Source: Lama guanicoe (lineage: Eukaryota). Taken from it: a stretch of 64,000 bases of DNA. The stretch covers positions 8,529,367 through 8,593,366 of the forward strand of contig MU054220.1 in NCBI GenBank assembly GCA_013239625.1, in the 5' to 3' direction. The position numbers were made by a program, and so were the translations under genes. The notes under the pieces were generated by a model. That model made no database searches. It was not told the DNA's origin and worked only from the letters and a program-made list of their open reading frames with translations. Below, in pieces: positions 14,070 through 27,609 of this stretch (positions are counted from its first letter, which is position 1; each line of letters begins with the position of its first letter).

Positions 14070-14960
14070 GGATAATATCCGTTGCCCTGTCCTTAAGTTT
14101 ATATGTTTTATTCTGCATTGTCCAATCAATTGTCTGTTAAATCCATTCACTGATTTTTTGTTGTTGTTGTTCTGAGTGTTACATTTTTCAGGTTTAGGAT
14201 TTCCATTTTATGCATTTCTTTTTTAGAGTCTCCATTGCTCTCCTGACATTTTCCTTCATGTGGAAACTCTGACCTCTCAGTCCTCAGCTCATTAAGTCTG
14301 CCACTTTCTACTTGAGCTCCATTCCTCATTAGCCTTGTGAACTGTGGAGTTCCTTCAGGGGAAAAGTGAGATAAATGTAGATCTTGTCCCCTGTGTTTCC
14401 GTCATTTCAAGAGTTATTCCACTTTAAGTGTGCCGGCTTTTGTTTGTTTTCTAGTGCCTTCAAACAGTTGTTTGTTTGATTGATTTTTTTTCCGAAGTTT
14501 ATGCTTATTATGGGCAAGAGGGTACTTGCTGGAAGCTAGAAGTACATACACATTTATATTTTGACTCTTCCCAAAATTTTGAATATTAATTTCTTGCATT
14601 TGATTAATAGAAATAAATCTTCTAGGAAAGTGCCCAATTATCTACACACAATCTTTTCCCCTCATAGAATATAATCCTAGAAGGGGAACTACTGGATTAA
14701 AGATAAATATATAAAAGCTTGTCAATGCACATTGAGACTTATTGCTAAATTGCATCTATAAAGAGTTTATGAATTTACATTCTCCAACAGCAGCCTAATG
14801 ACAGTCTCACCAGATCTTTATTACACTACACATTAAAAATGCATTACTCTTTCCAAATATTACAGATAAATTATAATTGTTAATAAAAGGTGGCTTCATA
14901 TTAAATTTCACTTGCTTTGTTATTAATAAGATGAAGTTGCACTTGCCTTTCTTCCCTATG
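14070..14960 (-). mobile_element. L1ME-type fragments (ORF1/5' piece and 3' piece)
   Basis: caattgtctgttaaatccattcactga (antisense ORF1) and aatttacattctccaacagcag (antisense 3' end). Confidence 0.6.
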
Positions 14961-15889
14961 GATTGCCATTTGTCTAGTAGGTTTTCTAAGGCAGTAAGAC
15001 TTGATGGGCCAAACCAGATATGTTGTTCACACCTTTGCTTTGGATAAGTCATATTGCTTTTATCTTTTCAGAATTATAAAATTGTCATAATCAACCCAGC
15101 TGACAGCATTTCAGCTAGGGCTTCTAAGAAGGTGTTTCAGGTTGGGGAACCACTCAGAAACTCTAACCAAACAGCTGCCCCTAGGTCAGAGGATTGAAGC
15201 CAAAAAAGTGACAGAGTGATAAAGCAAGGCCAAAGTTGCTAAAATAGTTACTGATATTTCCAGATCTTGTTAAATACAGTAAAACAAAGCAATGTTTTTG
15301 ATAGGCGTGCAAAGAAAAAGGACGCAACGTGACATTTTTTTACTATAATATAAGATTGAATCTATACAGGACAATTTTTTATCTCATGAATTATATTTCC
15401 TGCTTAATAAGCTGCCAGTAGGTTGCAGGATGCTTTAAATTGTAGAGTACAAGCCAGAGAAATGAGTGTTGCTCTAGAGAAAGAAGCTGAAACAATATTA
15501 AAGCAACACTTTATCTTCAGTACCATTAAAATCAAATTTATAGGCATTTTAATTCAACAGCCAGATACTGAACACCAACTACGTGTCAAGCATTTTTGCT
15601 CCATAATTTTCTACATGTGGTTTTAGTTAGTTGTCCCACTGAGGCAGTTATTGGTATTATTAGTACCTATATCCAGGAAAGAAACCAAGGCATGCAGCTG
15701 CACACTTATTCCAGTCACACAGATAATGTAATTTCAGGATTCCACCTCAGATCATTAGCCTTTAAATTAGAACCTAATAAATAGCAACTTTATTATATGA
15801 CATAAAAAATATGAGATACAGAAATAGAACTTTTTGGTATAGACTTAAGCTCTTCCTCACAGTATTATGAAACCGACCTGGACTTTTTC

Positions 15890-16120
15890 CCATATGTATG
15901 TATGCATAATAATTATGTAAGTACACACATATATGCATATATATACATGGGTATATAACATATATCTGTATATCATATTTTATTATATTATTTTATATAC
16001 TTACATATATTATAATATATATTAGGGTTTGGGTTAGAGTTATATTATATATTTATAATATATTATATATTATATAATATATATTTTTATATATTATAAT
16101 ATTTAATAATAAATATTTAT
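15890..16120. repeat. (TA)-rich low-complexity tract
   Basis: Degenerate tatattata/ttatat repeats. Confidence 0.9.
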
Positions 16121-16399
16121 TCAAAATGCTTCTTGATCTAGAGGTCTGTCAGCTCATGGATACAAATGAGATCACATTTGAAATGATAATTCAATCTTGG
16201 ATGACTTGGAAACCCTCATCTGCATGACGGCAAAACTACAGCCCTTTCTCCCAGAAACGTCTGGGGGCTCAAGGGGAAGTCTCATTTGTCCTCAGAAAGG
16301 ACTCTGCCTCAGCCAAGTGCTGCTGTTGCCCTGCCAGCACCCAGGGCATCTTCTAGCTCTTGAGAACCTCCACCATACTGGTTCTCTATGAGCCCTGCT

Positions 16400-17843
16400 T
16401 GGTATCATCCATCTCTTAAAGCTGACAATTCCTGAAGTAACATATGGGGCTATATATTTTTTAATCCTCTCTACTTTACCAGAGTTACTTGATTTTGTGC
16501 TTTGTATCATAAAATATTCTCTTCTTCCTCTTTCTTTAGACAATTTAAAATATATTTTCCTAACTGTGTTGCCCAATAGAATTACTTTTATGCTTTTTTT
16601 CTCTTCCACATTCTCCCCATTCAATTTTCTAAAAATATCGTTCATTATTACCTTTGTACTAATTCAATATTCAAAAATTTTCCTCGCTTTTTTTCTTTCA
16701 GCTTAGAATATCAGCTTAGAAAATCCTTTATTTTAGTTATTATGGAAGAGGCAGTCCATGAATTTTTTTACTTCCCACCATCTCCTTCTCTTCTTTCATA
16801 CTTTGTAAGGTATTTATTTCTCCATTTCAGATCACATAACATTTGCATTCTGTCTTGTCAACCATATATTCATTTTTATGTGTTTGGTTTTTGTCTTAGA
16901 CTTACAGTTAAATATATCTATTTTTTTATTACTAGTACTTTTTAAAAAGCTTCCCCTGTCATATTTTGTTTAGTTCAAATTTGTCGTCTAATAGTTTAAT
17001 GAACAATGACTCCTGAGAATGATATTTGCCAATCTCTTCTATTTTAAATGGTTTGCCAGTAGTCTTTTTACTTGAAGGTTAATTTTGTTTGATATAAAAT
17101 TTCTGGCTCACAGTCTTTTTCGTTCGTGTTTCTGGTGTCTCAGTGCTGTGGAGGGCATTTGATGTTAGCATGACTGTCTTAAAAATCAAGCCACCACACA
17201 TTCAGCTTTATGCCTGGTATTCACTATAATTATTAATAACATGAAATTTTACTAACCAAATCTCCTAGTTAGATCAAATAATATGGCCATACAGTCTATA
17301 AGTAATTTACTTATTTGATCAAAAAGATTTTCCTTTTTTGAACTAGATGATGTTTTTCTTAATTTTAGCAATCAATAATATTACAAGGCTGTTTCTCACT
17401 GCTTACTATTCTGGATTTTGTTTAGTAAAGTTAGTCAAAGTCAACCTGCATTTTAAAGATTTGTCCTACGGGCTTTGTATGTCTTGTATTGAGTCTATTA
17501 CTAAATATTTTTATAAATTTATTATTGCAAATATTTTCTCCAATTCATTAGATAACTAGTTATTATTTATATAAACAAAAAACATTTATTTTGGGGCATG
17601 AATTATATGCTATTCTGCCTTACTGAATGACTGTATTATTTGTGCTAATTTTATCATTTAGTCTTTTGAGTTTTCCAGATAGACGTACTTATCACAGGCA
17701 CATAGAAATAGCTGTATTCATTTTTTTCAATTATTGCATCTCTATTTTTTTCTCTTACATAATCTCATTGGTTAATATGCAATATAGTATTAAATTATGG
17801 TGGACAAAGTGGAATCCTTGCCTACTTCCTGATTTAATGAATC
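16400..17843 (-). mobile_element. Highly decayed L1ME fragments
   Basis: ataaaatttctggctcacagtc, ggacaaagtggaatccttgcctacttcctgatttaa and T-rich antisense L1 texture. Confidence 0.55.
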
Positions 17844-17974
17844 TGTAATGGTTAATTTTGTGTCAAATTGACTAGGGCTCTGGACCCAGATGTTTTGTCA
17901 AACACCCTTCTAGATATTGCTGTGAATATATTTTTTGGATGAGATTAACATTTAAATAGGTAGACTTTGAGTAA
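17844..17974 (+). mobile_element. MLT2 (ERVL) LTR 5' fragment
   Basis: tgtaatggttaattttgtgtcaaattgactagg...gatgagattaacatttaaataggtagactttgagtaa. Confidence 0.85.
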
Positions 17975-17999
17975 TTTTAGACTGATAGGAAGAACTTCC

Positions 18000-20700
18000 T
18001 TTGCAGACATATATTTTTCCTTAGCAGATGAGTCATGAAGAATGAGTGCTATATGCATTACCTTCTCTATAAAAAGACGGAATTATCTAGTGGAAATAAT
18101 ATATTCTTTAGTGTGAAAAATCTGATACAGATTCGTTTGGTGAGGTTGGAGAAGTCCTATGACTCTTCCAAGTCTGAATTTCCTGTTCCGCAGAATTGGA
18201 TGCTTAAAATATCAATGATGGGGCAGAGTGACTTGTTCATTGACTGACATCTAACAGAAAAGAAATTTTCTGAAAGTTACTATTATTCAATGCAAAGGAT
18301 AAATTAAGAAGAAAAGCAAGCAAGCAAGCAAGCCAGAAAGAAAGAAAAAGATAAACATTTCTAAAGTGGCATGTTTATCTTGGATTTCTTGACTCATTCT
18401 GGAATAGACAACATGAACCCACTGAAGCCTGGAGTGAGAGAAAGTAACGGCTCACTATTATTTTTCAGCAACTTTCACTAGTTAGTAGCTTATGCCTCAT
18501 TTAAACCAGGAATCAGTCTCCCTTACATTCCTCCCCTCACTTTTTTAATGTCAAACAAAGTACAGAAGGGATTGTTGGTAGTGGCAAGAGGTCAGAATAA
18601 CGTCATCTACTATGAGCTAGACCTTAGACTTCCTCCTGCGAAAGTGTGATATTCTTTTGCTAATGTTCGTTGACTTGACAAAAATTGCAAAATACGCAAC
18701 TTGAAGAAAGGTGGAGAAGACAATGATGTGACTGCAAAAGGAAACTCAAAAAACACAATTGGGATTGCTGCGGGCTATCTAGGAAAAGCCCAACCGAGCC
18801 AGAATAAAAAGGAACGTGGGAAATGTACGTGGGCTTTGATGCTGCACTCACTTTCCAGAAAGCCATTAAATGCTGGCAGTGTCAAGGGAGAAAAGAGAAC
18901 AATAAATATTTTATGTCAGATACCTTCAATTCCCAAAGTTAAAACCAGTATTATTAGATTGGCCTGTAACAGAAACCAAGGAAAGATTAAAAAAAGAATT
19001 TGAGAAACTTTTTGTTATTGTCCTGACTTGGGTCCACCTCTTTAACGAATTGTACTGAAAAGGAAGGAAAATATAAATGCCCACCCACCAGGCTCGGAAG
19101 ATGGAGAATGAAACTCATTTATCTCAATTGCTTGATAAGCCAGAGATATTTTAGGCAGAAGTTATAAACTGATGGGATTTTTGTTTATCTGATGTGAATA
19201 ATAAAAGGAAAATACTACATGCCAGCTTTGCATGCAGGAAGAAAACTACTACATTTGATCATTGAAAAGACAGACTTTTTTACCCATAAAAATCGACAAC
19301 ATAACGCCATTTGCAGCAACATGGATGTTCCTGGAGAATGTCATTCTAAGTGAAGAAAGCCAGAAAGAGAAAGAAAAATGCCATATGAGATTGCTCATGT
19401 GGAATCTAAAACAAACAAACAAACAAAACATAAATACAAAACAGAAACAGACTCATAGACATAGAATACAAACCTGTGGTTGCCAAGGGGGCAGGGGGTG
19501 GGAAGGGATAGACTGGAATTTCAAAATATAGAATAGATGAACAAGATTATACTGTATATATAGCTCAGGGAAATATATACAAGATCTTATGGTAGCTCAC
19601 AGAGAAAGGAATGTGACAATGAATTATATGTATGTTTATGTATAACTGAAAAATTGTGCTGTACACTGAAATTTGACACAACATTGTAAAATGATTATAA
19701 ATCAATAAAAAATGTTTAAAAAAAAAAAGACAGACTTTCTTGTGCTAGCAGGTTTTTAAAGAAAGATTTAAACAAACATGACTCTTTTCTGTGGAATGAA
19801 GTGAGCACCAACCACTACTGCACGTGAACACTTTTTGAAGATAGTGGGGTATGTCTTTTTCAACGTATAACAAGGGTAGATGAAATAATTAGTTTAATTC
19901 AGGGCAAGCTGCAGTGATATAGCTCTCGAGTGATTTATTAGAATTCAGACAGAGAATATTACATAAATCTTATTGGCCCTTCAAATGTCAGGTCCAATCA
20001 CACCTCACTCCTGAAATAACAATCTCTGTTAAACAAGATGTTTCTCTCAAGGTTAGGAAGGACCTTTTTGTTCAATGGTGAACAAGTCCTGTCTTAGGAA
20101 CACCATGCCATTGATCTGGTGCCTCCTTTGTAAAAGAAGATCCAGGGAGTGACATTCTGCAAGGTGTTTGATAAATAAAACGACACCATGGTCAAATTAT
20201 CTAAGAAGATCTTACATACTGCTCCTCCTACTTGGAGAATCTCCAAGATGTCTCACAGTATGTCTATTTAAGAGGCTGTGTAAGATATTAACCCAAAGAA
20301 CCTAGATTTTTAAATGTCTTTCTTATGTTTTGCTCATAGCCCAGTTTCAGCACCAGCCCCTTTCATGACAAAAAAAAAAAGTATGATTAGATGGAACACA
20401 TAAGAATGCCTAAATAAACCTTGACTGGATCTGAACACAGAATGGAAAATCTTCTCTTTCTTTAAAGCCACAAGAGTGAGGCAAGAACTGACACCGATGA
20501 CAGAATGATAAAAGATTTTGGACATCAAAATAAGGAACTGGGACGACAGAATAAATGTCTTACCAACTCTTTGTATTCATCTTGCTTGTCAGAAAGCCAT
20601 GCTAGTAATTTCTATTTCTTTAGGCAATCTTTTTATTACAGCTAGAAAATGTCACTTTTTGGAATGCAGTAATTTACCTAGAAGGATCATCCCGGTCTCT
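18000..20700 (+). mobile_element. Ancient degenerate non-L1 LINE ORF2 (reverse transcriptase) relic, probably RTE-X/L4-like
   Basis: Manual translation across frameshifts gives RT motifs in canonical order: VKTSIIRLACNRNQG (~18938), HLFNEL (~19035), NCLIS...KL*T (19126-19170), ASF...TTFDH (19221-19262), YVFFN...KLQ*Y (19850-19920), LTPEITISVKQ (20004-20036), HAIDLV as YADDLV (20104-20121), VKLSK (~20191), ENLQDVSQYVYLR as YLG (20235-20273). Outer limits uncertain. Confidence 0.65.
19279..19724 (+). mobile_element. Young 5'-truncated L1 3' end with 14-bp TSD
   Basis: PFAATWMFLENVILSEESQKEK (ORF2 C-terminus), AATAAA at 19704 and an A-tail. TSD aaaagacagacttt at 19265-19278 and 19725-19738. Confidence 0.95.
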
Positions 20701-21379
20701 CAAAAGCGAGATTGGAATTAAATGCATAAGAAAAAGTCTTTTTAAAAGGGGAAGCAAAATAGTTTGTACAGGTTACAAAATGTGGTGGAGGGTTAAAATG
20801 AATTAAACTTTGCATCTTTTGAGGCAATAATTAAATTTGAATTTATTTTGTGATGTAAGGTTGCCAAATCTTTACAGCCAGAGAATAAAACATTAAAGGA
20901 CAGAATGATCTTTTTAAAATCAGAGTTTACAGGTTTTGAAGAGGCACAGAAATTTTCAGTAAATAAGATAGATAAATAGAAGGTGTATACTGAATACCTA
21001 ATCATTCAGTGTATTTTATGGTTGAATATGAAAGCTATTGGGGGGAAATTTTTGAAAGACAAGATTGCTTTAAAAATTTAAGGCACTCACTAGATGGAAA
21101 TTATAGTCCATTAAACTGCAAGGTCTTTTGAAATTAAGCTTATATTCTCATAAAGTTAATGGCATAGATTAAAATGCTAGAATTAAGAACTAAATATGGC
21201 TGAGGATGAATCCTTCATATTTATGTGGTATCCATACTTAGCAATAGTTCTTGAATCTACATTTGAACCAAATTGTCACAGTAATGCTTTGCGTGATATT
21301 ATATAGATAGTATTTAAAATTTACAATCGATGAATCTGAGATTAAATAATTCATTGGATTTATTAAATTTCCATGATGC

Positions 21380-21720
21380 GTCAGATAAGAGGGGCTAGAT
21401 TATGTTGTAGTGATTAATGGCCACAAAATATACATGGCTTAAAATAACCAAAGCTTATTTCTTTTTTGAGTTACATACGCATCTTCAGTTAGCTGTAGCC
21501 CACCCCATACCTCTTTTCCCTGGGATCTCACGCTAACAGAGCAACTTCTACATAGAGAAGGATAAACACATGCTAGACACATGCTATCTTAAATCTCCCA
21601 TCCAGAAGTAGCCCATGGCATCCTTGGCCATATTCCCCTGACCATAAGAATCTTATGACTGCTTTAGAGTTCTCTAAACCTTATAATCTTCTCTCAGACA
21701 GCTTCAGAAATGAACCGCAT
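21380..21720 (-). mobile_element. Old MaLR LTR (MLT1J/K/L-like)
   Basis: ctagattatgttgtagtg...atggcttaaaataaccaaagcttatttc and ccagaagtagcccatggcatccttggccatattcc. Confidence 0.55.
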
Positions 21721-21730
21721 TATTTGGTAT

Positions 21731-22166
21731 TGTACACAATGAATGTTGCCCATCATTCCAGTTCTACACTGCAGTCCCTGACCATGAAAAGAACGTAGGA
21801 TGGAGCATTCTGTGCTTTGGATATATGGGCCTCTAGAGAGTTAACATGCATATCTAAGGAAGGATCGCAGTGACCCCAGATTCTCGCATCTTCCCAGACA
21901 TAGAAAACACTAAAATCATTAACTGAGATATATCAAGTCTTCTTGTATAGCAGTAACCTTTCACTGGGATCTCACCTGCACATATTTCCTAGCCAAAATT
22001 TATACATACCTATAATATATATTGTATTATATATTGGACCCCCCCCTCTTCAGAGCAGTTCCTCAGAGCTATTAAGAGGCTGTTTCCTGGATATAGTCTT
22101 CAGTAAGACACTGAATAAGCTCAACTCACAGATCTTATGTCATGTGTTTTTCCTCACCAGTGGACA
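21731..22166 (+). mobile_element. ERV1 solo LTR, MER34-like
   Basis: TGTA...GACA termini. ctcttcagagcagttcctcagagctattaagaggctgtttcctgg...ctgaataagctcaactcacag is a MER34-type R/U5. Confidence 0.7.
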
Positions 22167-22419
22167 GTTAAAAAAAAAAATTCTAGTCAATACTTAGTAG
22201 TAGAAACAAGGTTAGAACAAAGAATATTTAACAGTTGATTCAGCATTTTGCTTCATTATATTTCTATCTTACTATTTAAAGTGTATTGTATATTATTTTG
22301 TTTTAATAAATACATTGTATATGTGCTACATGAATGAAAAACATATTGATAAATTGCATATCAATTTCATCCTACCAACTGCTTGCATTTAAAATAAAAC
22401 AGATTTTCATTTCTATTCA

Positions 22420-23650
22420 TGAAAGATTATAATGATCTGTGACCTCTTGCTTTAATAAACAAAAAATTGGCAAAATATATGAAACGACTGTTTTTGGATG
22501 GTAGATAACAGGCTTTGCAGGAAAATAATCCCTGCGGGAAAAACAAGGTGAACTTCTTCTCCAGTTTACTGCCTGGAAGCAGCTCCCAACTTTGGCAACA
22601 CATGGGAAAGCCAAGCAAAGACGAGCCATCTCTTTGAGATCAGGAGACACAGGTAGGTCAGAAAGAACAAGCCAGGTACAATATTTCAGAGAAGAGTCTT
22701 TGAAAATCAGTACACACATGTGTGTCAGAAAGCACACAAGCTGGATAAGAAAAACATCAAGAAATAACTGTCACAGAAGAGCTATAAGATGAATAAATTC
22801 CAGAACTTACACAATTCTGGGATCATTCAGATTTTCTCTAACAGTATGGACCTAGCAAATATGGACATTAAAATCATACATACACAAACACATTCCAAAT
22901 GTCCAAGGAAAGTGAACACAAGGAGGAGTTAAATGGAATTTATGAAAACATACCAAAACAGAGTATCACGAGATGAAAAATACAATATTTAAAATAAAAA
23001 ATATGCCAGCTGAGATTAACAACTGATTAGAGACAGCACAAGAAAAGATTAATGAACTTGAATACACAACAATAGAAATTATTTAAAATGAAGTACAAAG
23101 ATGTTGAGAGATTCAACTGAGTGTCAATGAAGTGTAAGCCAGTATCAATGAGACTAAAATATATGTAACTGGATTCCTAGAAGTGAGTAAGAGAAAAAAA
23201 TATGCATTAATGGCAAAAAAAGACCCTTTTAAAAAAAAGATCTATTAAAGCAGGAAAGAAGAGAGTATGTTGTATAATTAAATAAACAAATCAACTTTGG
23301 TTTAAAGTGATAAACCAAAGCTTATTAATGATAAAGCATAATCCACCTGTATACTGTCTTCAAGAAACTTTAAATAAAAATACATATGTAAGGTAAGAGT
23401 AAAGTTGGAAGGCATATACTCTGCAAATACTAATTTAAAAAAAAAACTAGAATGTCTATAATATTGAAGTAGACTTCAGAATAAGGACAATTGCAATTAG
23501 TAAAGAGGGGCATTTCATAATGGTGAAAAGAGCCAGTTAATCAAAGAATAGTACAGTTATAAATGTGCATGCATCTAATAACAGAGCTTGAAGATATAGG
23601 AAATAAAAATAATGAAACAAGAATTGAGAAGCTAGGCAGAAAGACAAAGA
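22420..23650 (+). mobile_element. Old L1 5' part (5'UTR, ORF1, ORF2 start) with internal deletions
   Basis: gattagagacagcacaagaaaagattaatgaacttgaa (ORF1) and gtagacttcagaataagg...taaagaggggcatttcataatg (ORF2 endonuclease). Confidence 0.8.
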
Positions 23651-24069
23651 TTTTAAAATTAAGATCATTAAACCACATCCTGCATGCACCAACTCTAGGA
23701 TCATTTCTCTACTTTTATCCCCAGCCCTTTGATTTACAAAATCTGAAAGCACCCCATCCTGTTCTCAGATACATAACAGGGGATTGAATGATAAAGTATT
23801 GCTCTTACTGGGATAGTTCTTTAAAGGGTTTAGAGAGAGAGCTGTAACTTCAGACAGTGTTAGAATTAGTAGTCAGTGGAATAGTTCCAAAGGATGAGAA
23901 ATGTATGCGGTGGAAAGGAATTTGGGATACACAACTCCGCTACCCTTCCCCTACGATACTATGGACTTGGAAATGATTGATTAAAATAGTAGTTTTCTTG
24001 AACATTTTAATCTTCTATAGCCCTTAATTCTCATCTTATTTACTACCTCTTTTTTTTCACTCCAGGAAT

Positions 24070-24490
24070 TTAAACCCCATGGCAGACCAAATAGTTGACC
24101 CTGGACAAAGGACCAGATCTAATTCCCTGGCCTTCCTTGCAGTTACAGGGGTCCTGGTGACAGCGCGCTCATGACTGGAATGCGAGCAGAAGTGATGTGT
24201 GTCACTACCAGACCAGGCCTCTGAAAACTTCCTGAGTGCCCGTATGCCTTCTCTTTCCCTTTGGCTGTCCGAATGCAGACAGTCAAGAAAAGGACTCCAA
24301 GATTCAAGAGGATGTTGGAGCAGGGAGAAAGGAAGATGCAGGATTCCCGAAACGCTACTTAAAATAAGGTGCCCAGGAGGTCCAATGGAATTAGTATTGT
24401 TTGATTGTGAGTCAAAAAACAGGTTTCCATTGTGTTAAATTACTGAAATTTTGGCACATTTGTGGCTGCTCTCAACCTAACTGATTAATA
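24070..24490 (+). mobile_element. Old MaLR LTR (MLT1H/I/J-like)
   Basis: ccttgcagttac...catgact...gagcagaagtgatgtgtgtcact...ttgtgttaaattactgaaatttt...ctaactgattaata. Confidence 0.7.
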
Positions 24491-26159
24491 AAAACAATCT
24501 GAAGTTAAGCAAGCTATTTTACTCTGTTCTGGGTGCACGTACCTTAGAGCTTTATATGAAACACTTCCACACGAATGGGCTTTCTGGGATGGTAATCTGG
24601 TTTCCTGCTTTTTTGTGACCCTAGACTATTAAACTGGCTTCTGCTCCGGATTACATTGGTTTTGTGACTTATTTGCCATTTTCACAACTCTGCCTTACTG
24701 TAAAGCAGCAACTTAACAGAAAACTGAAACCACGTACTACCATAGCTAAGGTTCCTCCCCAACCTGCGACGAACAATGGATTTATCTTTCTAAACAGTTT
24801 TACGAGTTTCTATTCACACATTTAACTATGTAAACTATCAAATATCATGCTAGCCTGCAGGATTAAATTTAACTGTAAATTTTAAAATGTCATCACAACA
24901 TGGCTATACTTAAATTAAAACAATACTGTAATATTGAAATAAATTGAAAATAAATGTACAAACATGATCCTTAAATAAAGGTAAATAACATTCTGATGAA
25001 GAAGCACTTAAAAATGATTTTTTTTTAAAAAAATGATTTTTTTGAAAAGCTATGAAATGCTGTTGTTAATCATGATTTGTTTCTTATTCAGGGCAAAACT
25101 TCAGATATAGGGTTGCAAATTTAAGTGCATTTTAAAATGTAATTATCTTCCATATTTCATTGGAACAAATGTTTACTGAGTATTTACTGCCAGTAGATTA
25201 TTGAAAATATTATATGGTTGTGGTAAAGTGAATAATTGGAATCAAAAGTAATACTAATATGCCAGATTATTAATAGTGGATATCTCCCTAGTTCTCTTCT
25301 CTTTTTGTTTCTCTATTGTTAGGTATAAAATAGAGTATGATGTGTGTTAGTATCTTGAACACAATAATTTAAATTACTGAATAATTTCACTTTGAGGTAT
25401 TCATATGTGTATGAATAGTAAATCTCACATATAAGGAAAAAAGTCCTTTATTTCAGTATATTAAAAGGATGAGTCAAAGAGGAACCTTTTTTATATACAC
25501 TCTCTAGGATGCATTGCTCATTAAAAATATTTACATGTAATGTTTTAAAAATCATTTTATTTTTCAACAAATTCTAAGAAGTAATTAGAATTTTTCTGAG
25601 AAATATGAAACTGCTAAACTTCCTCTAGGTTTTCTTCCATAGAAAAGGATGAACTAAATGTCATTTTTTTAATTTAAAATAATTTTAAGATATCAATTGA
25701 ACAGTTCTTTTAAGTGAAAAACCAAACATTATTTTTATTTTTCTCATACTAGTGTTCAGATGATCACTACATAAGACCTAGAAATCTTGTTTTATTTGTT
25801 TTTTTCCTTCAAATAGTCTTGAGAACTTAATTTATTACTTGTTTGGTCTACTAGCTAAAATAAATTACATTTTAACAAGGTTGATAAAATTTTATGTTTT
25901 CATATCTGTTTTATTTCTTCATCATTACAATGACTCCATAAGTTTCACCATTACTGCTTAACAGAACCAAGAATAAATCAAGGTAAGTCAACTGCCCAAT
26001 GACAGCAAACTAGGGTATCTGAAGGTTTAGAGCAGACTGGCAAAATCTTATCTAGCTCCTTAGATGACAAGAATTTGATGTCGTATTATTTTCATAAAGC
26101 TAAAGAAAATTCTTCTTTAACATTAAAACACACACACACACAGACAAATATTCAGACCA

Positions 26160-27415
26160 CGTCTAACTACTTGCATTCTTACCTCTCCAGTTCCAGCATT
26201 AGCTTCTCTTAACAGGATTACTGCTGGAGCTTCTCCCCTGATCCCCCTGCTTCTCCTGTGCCCACTTTTGCCCTCATGTAGAGCAGTTATGAAGATCCCC
26301 TTAAAATGTGAGTGAAAACATCTCACTCCTATGCTCAAAATCTTCCATTCTCTGTCATTTCATTGAAAATGAAGTCAAATTCCATATAGTGACCTATAGG
26401 GTCCAACTCATGCTGTGCACCACCTTTACCTCCCTAACTTATTCTCATCTTCTCACCTCATTCTGCCTTGTCATCACACCTGCTTCCTTGCTATTCGGGC
26501 AGCATACCACGTGCTCATCTGCCTCAGAGACATTTCACGGGGTTTTGTTTGGGGTTGGAACCCGTATCCCCTATATCTCGGCACTGTGATCACTTCCATG
26601 AAGACTTTGATGAACTGTCTCCTTCTCAATGAACCCAATTTGAATATCTTAATGAAAATTACACCTGCAAGCAGCCAACCCTCCAGAGTACCCTTATCTT
26701 ACTACATTTCTTTGCCTTTACTTTTTAATTAACAGGTTTATTGAGACATAGTTAAAAACCATAAAATTAATCTGATTTAAATGCACAGTTCAATAATTTT
26801 TAGCATATTTACAAATTTGTGCAACCATAACCACAGTCTAATTTTTAAAAATCTCTGTAACCCCAAAAGAAACTCTGTGTCCATTTACAGTCATTTCCAG
26901 TTCCCAGAACCAATCCTTACCTATTTCTATCTGTATAGATTCATCTTTTTGGACCCTAATATAAATGGCATCATAAAATACATGTTGTTCTGTGTGTGGC
27001 TTCTTTTACCTAATGTGATGTTCGTGTGTTGCATCCATGTTGTAGCATGTTTGGTAATTATTTTTAATTACTGAATAGTATTCCATTATCTGGTTATATG
27101 CTTTTTATTTATCTGTTCGCCGGTCGATGGGCATTTGAGTCATTTCCATGCATTGGCTATTATGCACAATGCTGCTACGAACATTCATGAGCAAGTTTTT
27201 GTGTGGACATATATGCTCATTTTTCCCATACTCCGGCTTTACAGCATCCATGACTCTCTCACAGATCATAAATGTACTATTTATCCTGTTAATTACTGGT
27301 TGACTTTCACCAGCTGCTAGAATATAAATTCCAGGATTTCTGTTGATTTTGTTCAGAGTATCTAGAACAGCTCTTGGTATATGGTAAGGGTTCAAAATGT
27401 TTGTTGAATGAATAA
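26160..27415 (+). mobile_element. L2a 3' region, split by an L1 insertion at about 26720-27230
   Basis: catctcactcctatgctcaaaatcttcca and 3' end tatctagaacagctcttggtatatggtaagggttcaaaatgtttgttgaatgaat. Confidence 0.8.
26720..27230 (-). mobile_element. L1MB/MC 3' end inserted in L2
   Basis: tttattgagacatagtt...tgtgcaaccataaccac...gaatagtattccatt...gctacgaacattcatgagcaagtttttgtgtggacatat. Confidence 0.9.
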
Positions 27416-27609
27416 AGCAATGTTCACATGTAGAGTGTATATTTCTGTTTCTAGGTAAGACATGAATTTTTAAGTAGCATATTTCTTCATGCTTCCACTT
27501 TTCCATCAAATATGTATTTAACCTCTTCTATGCTGTAGGATCTATGTTAGGATCAATATGTATAAGAATGGGTAGGAAAGTAATAACTTTCAGATGATGG
27601 AAAAGGAAC

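Noticed and set aside
27105..27509. 134-aa ORF, one of the longest in the window (also 47954-48358)
   Set aside because: Both run through L1/L2 repeat ends or a poly-T tail and are chance open frames.
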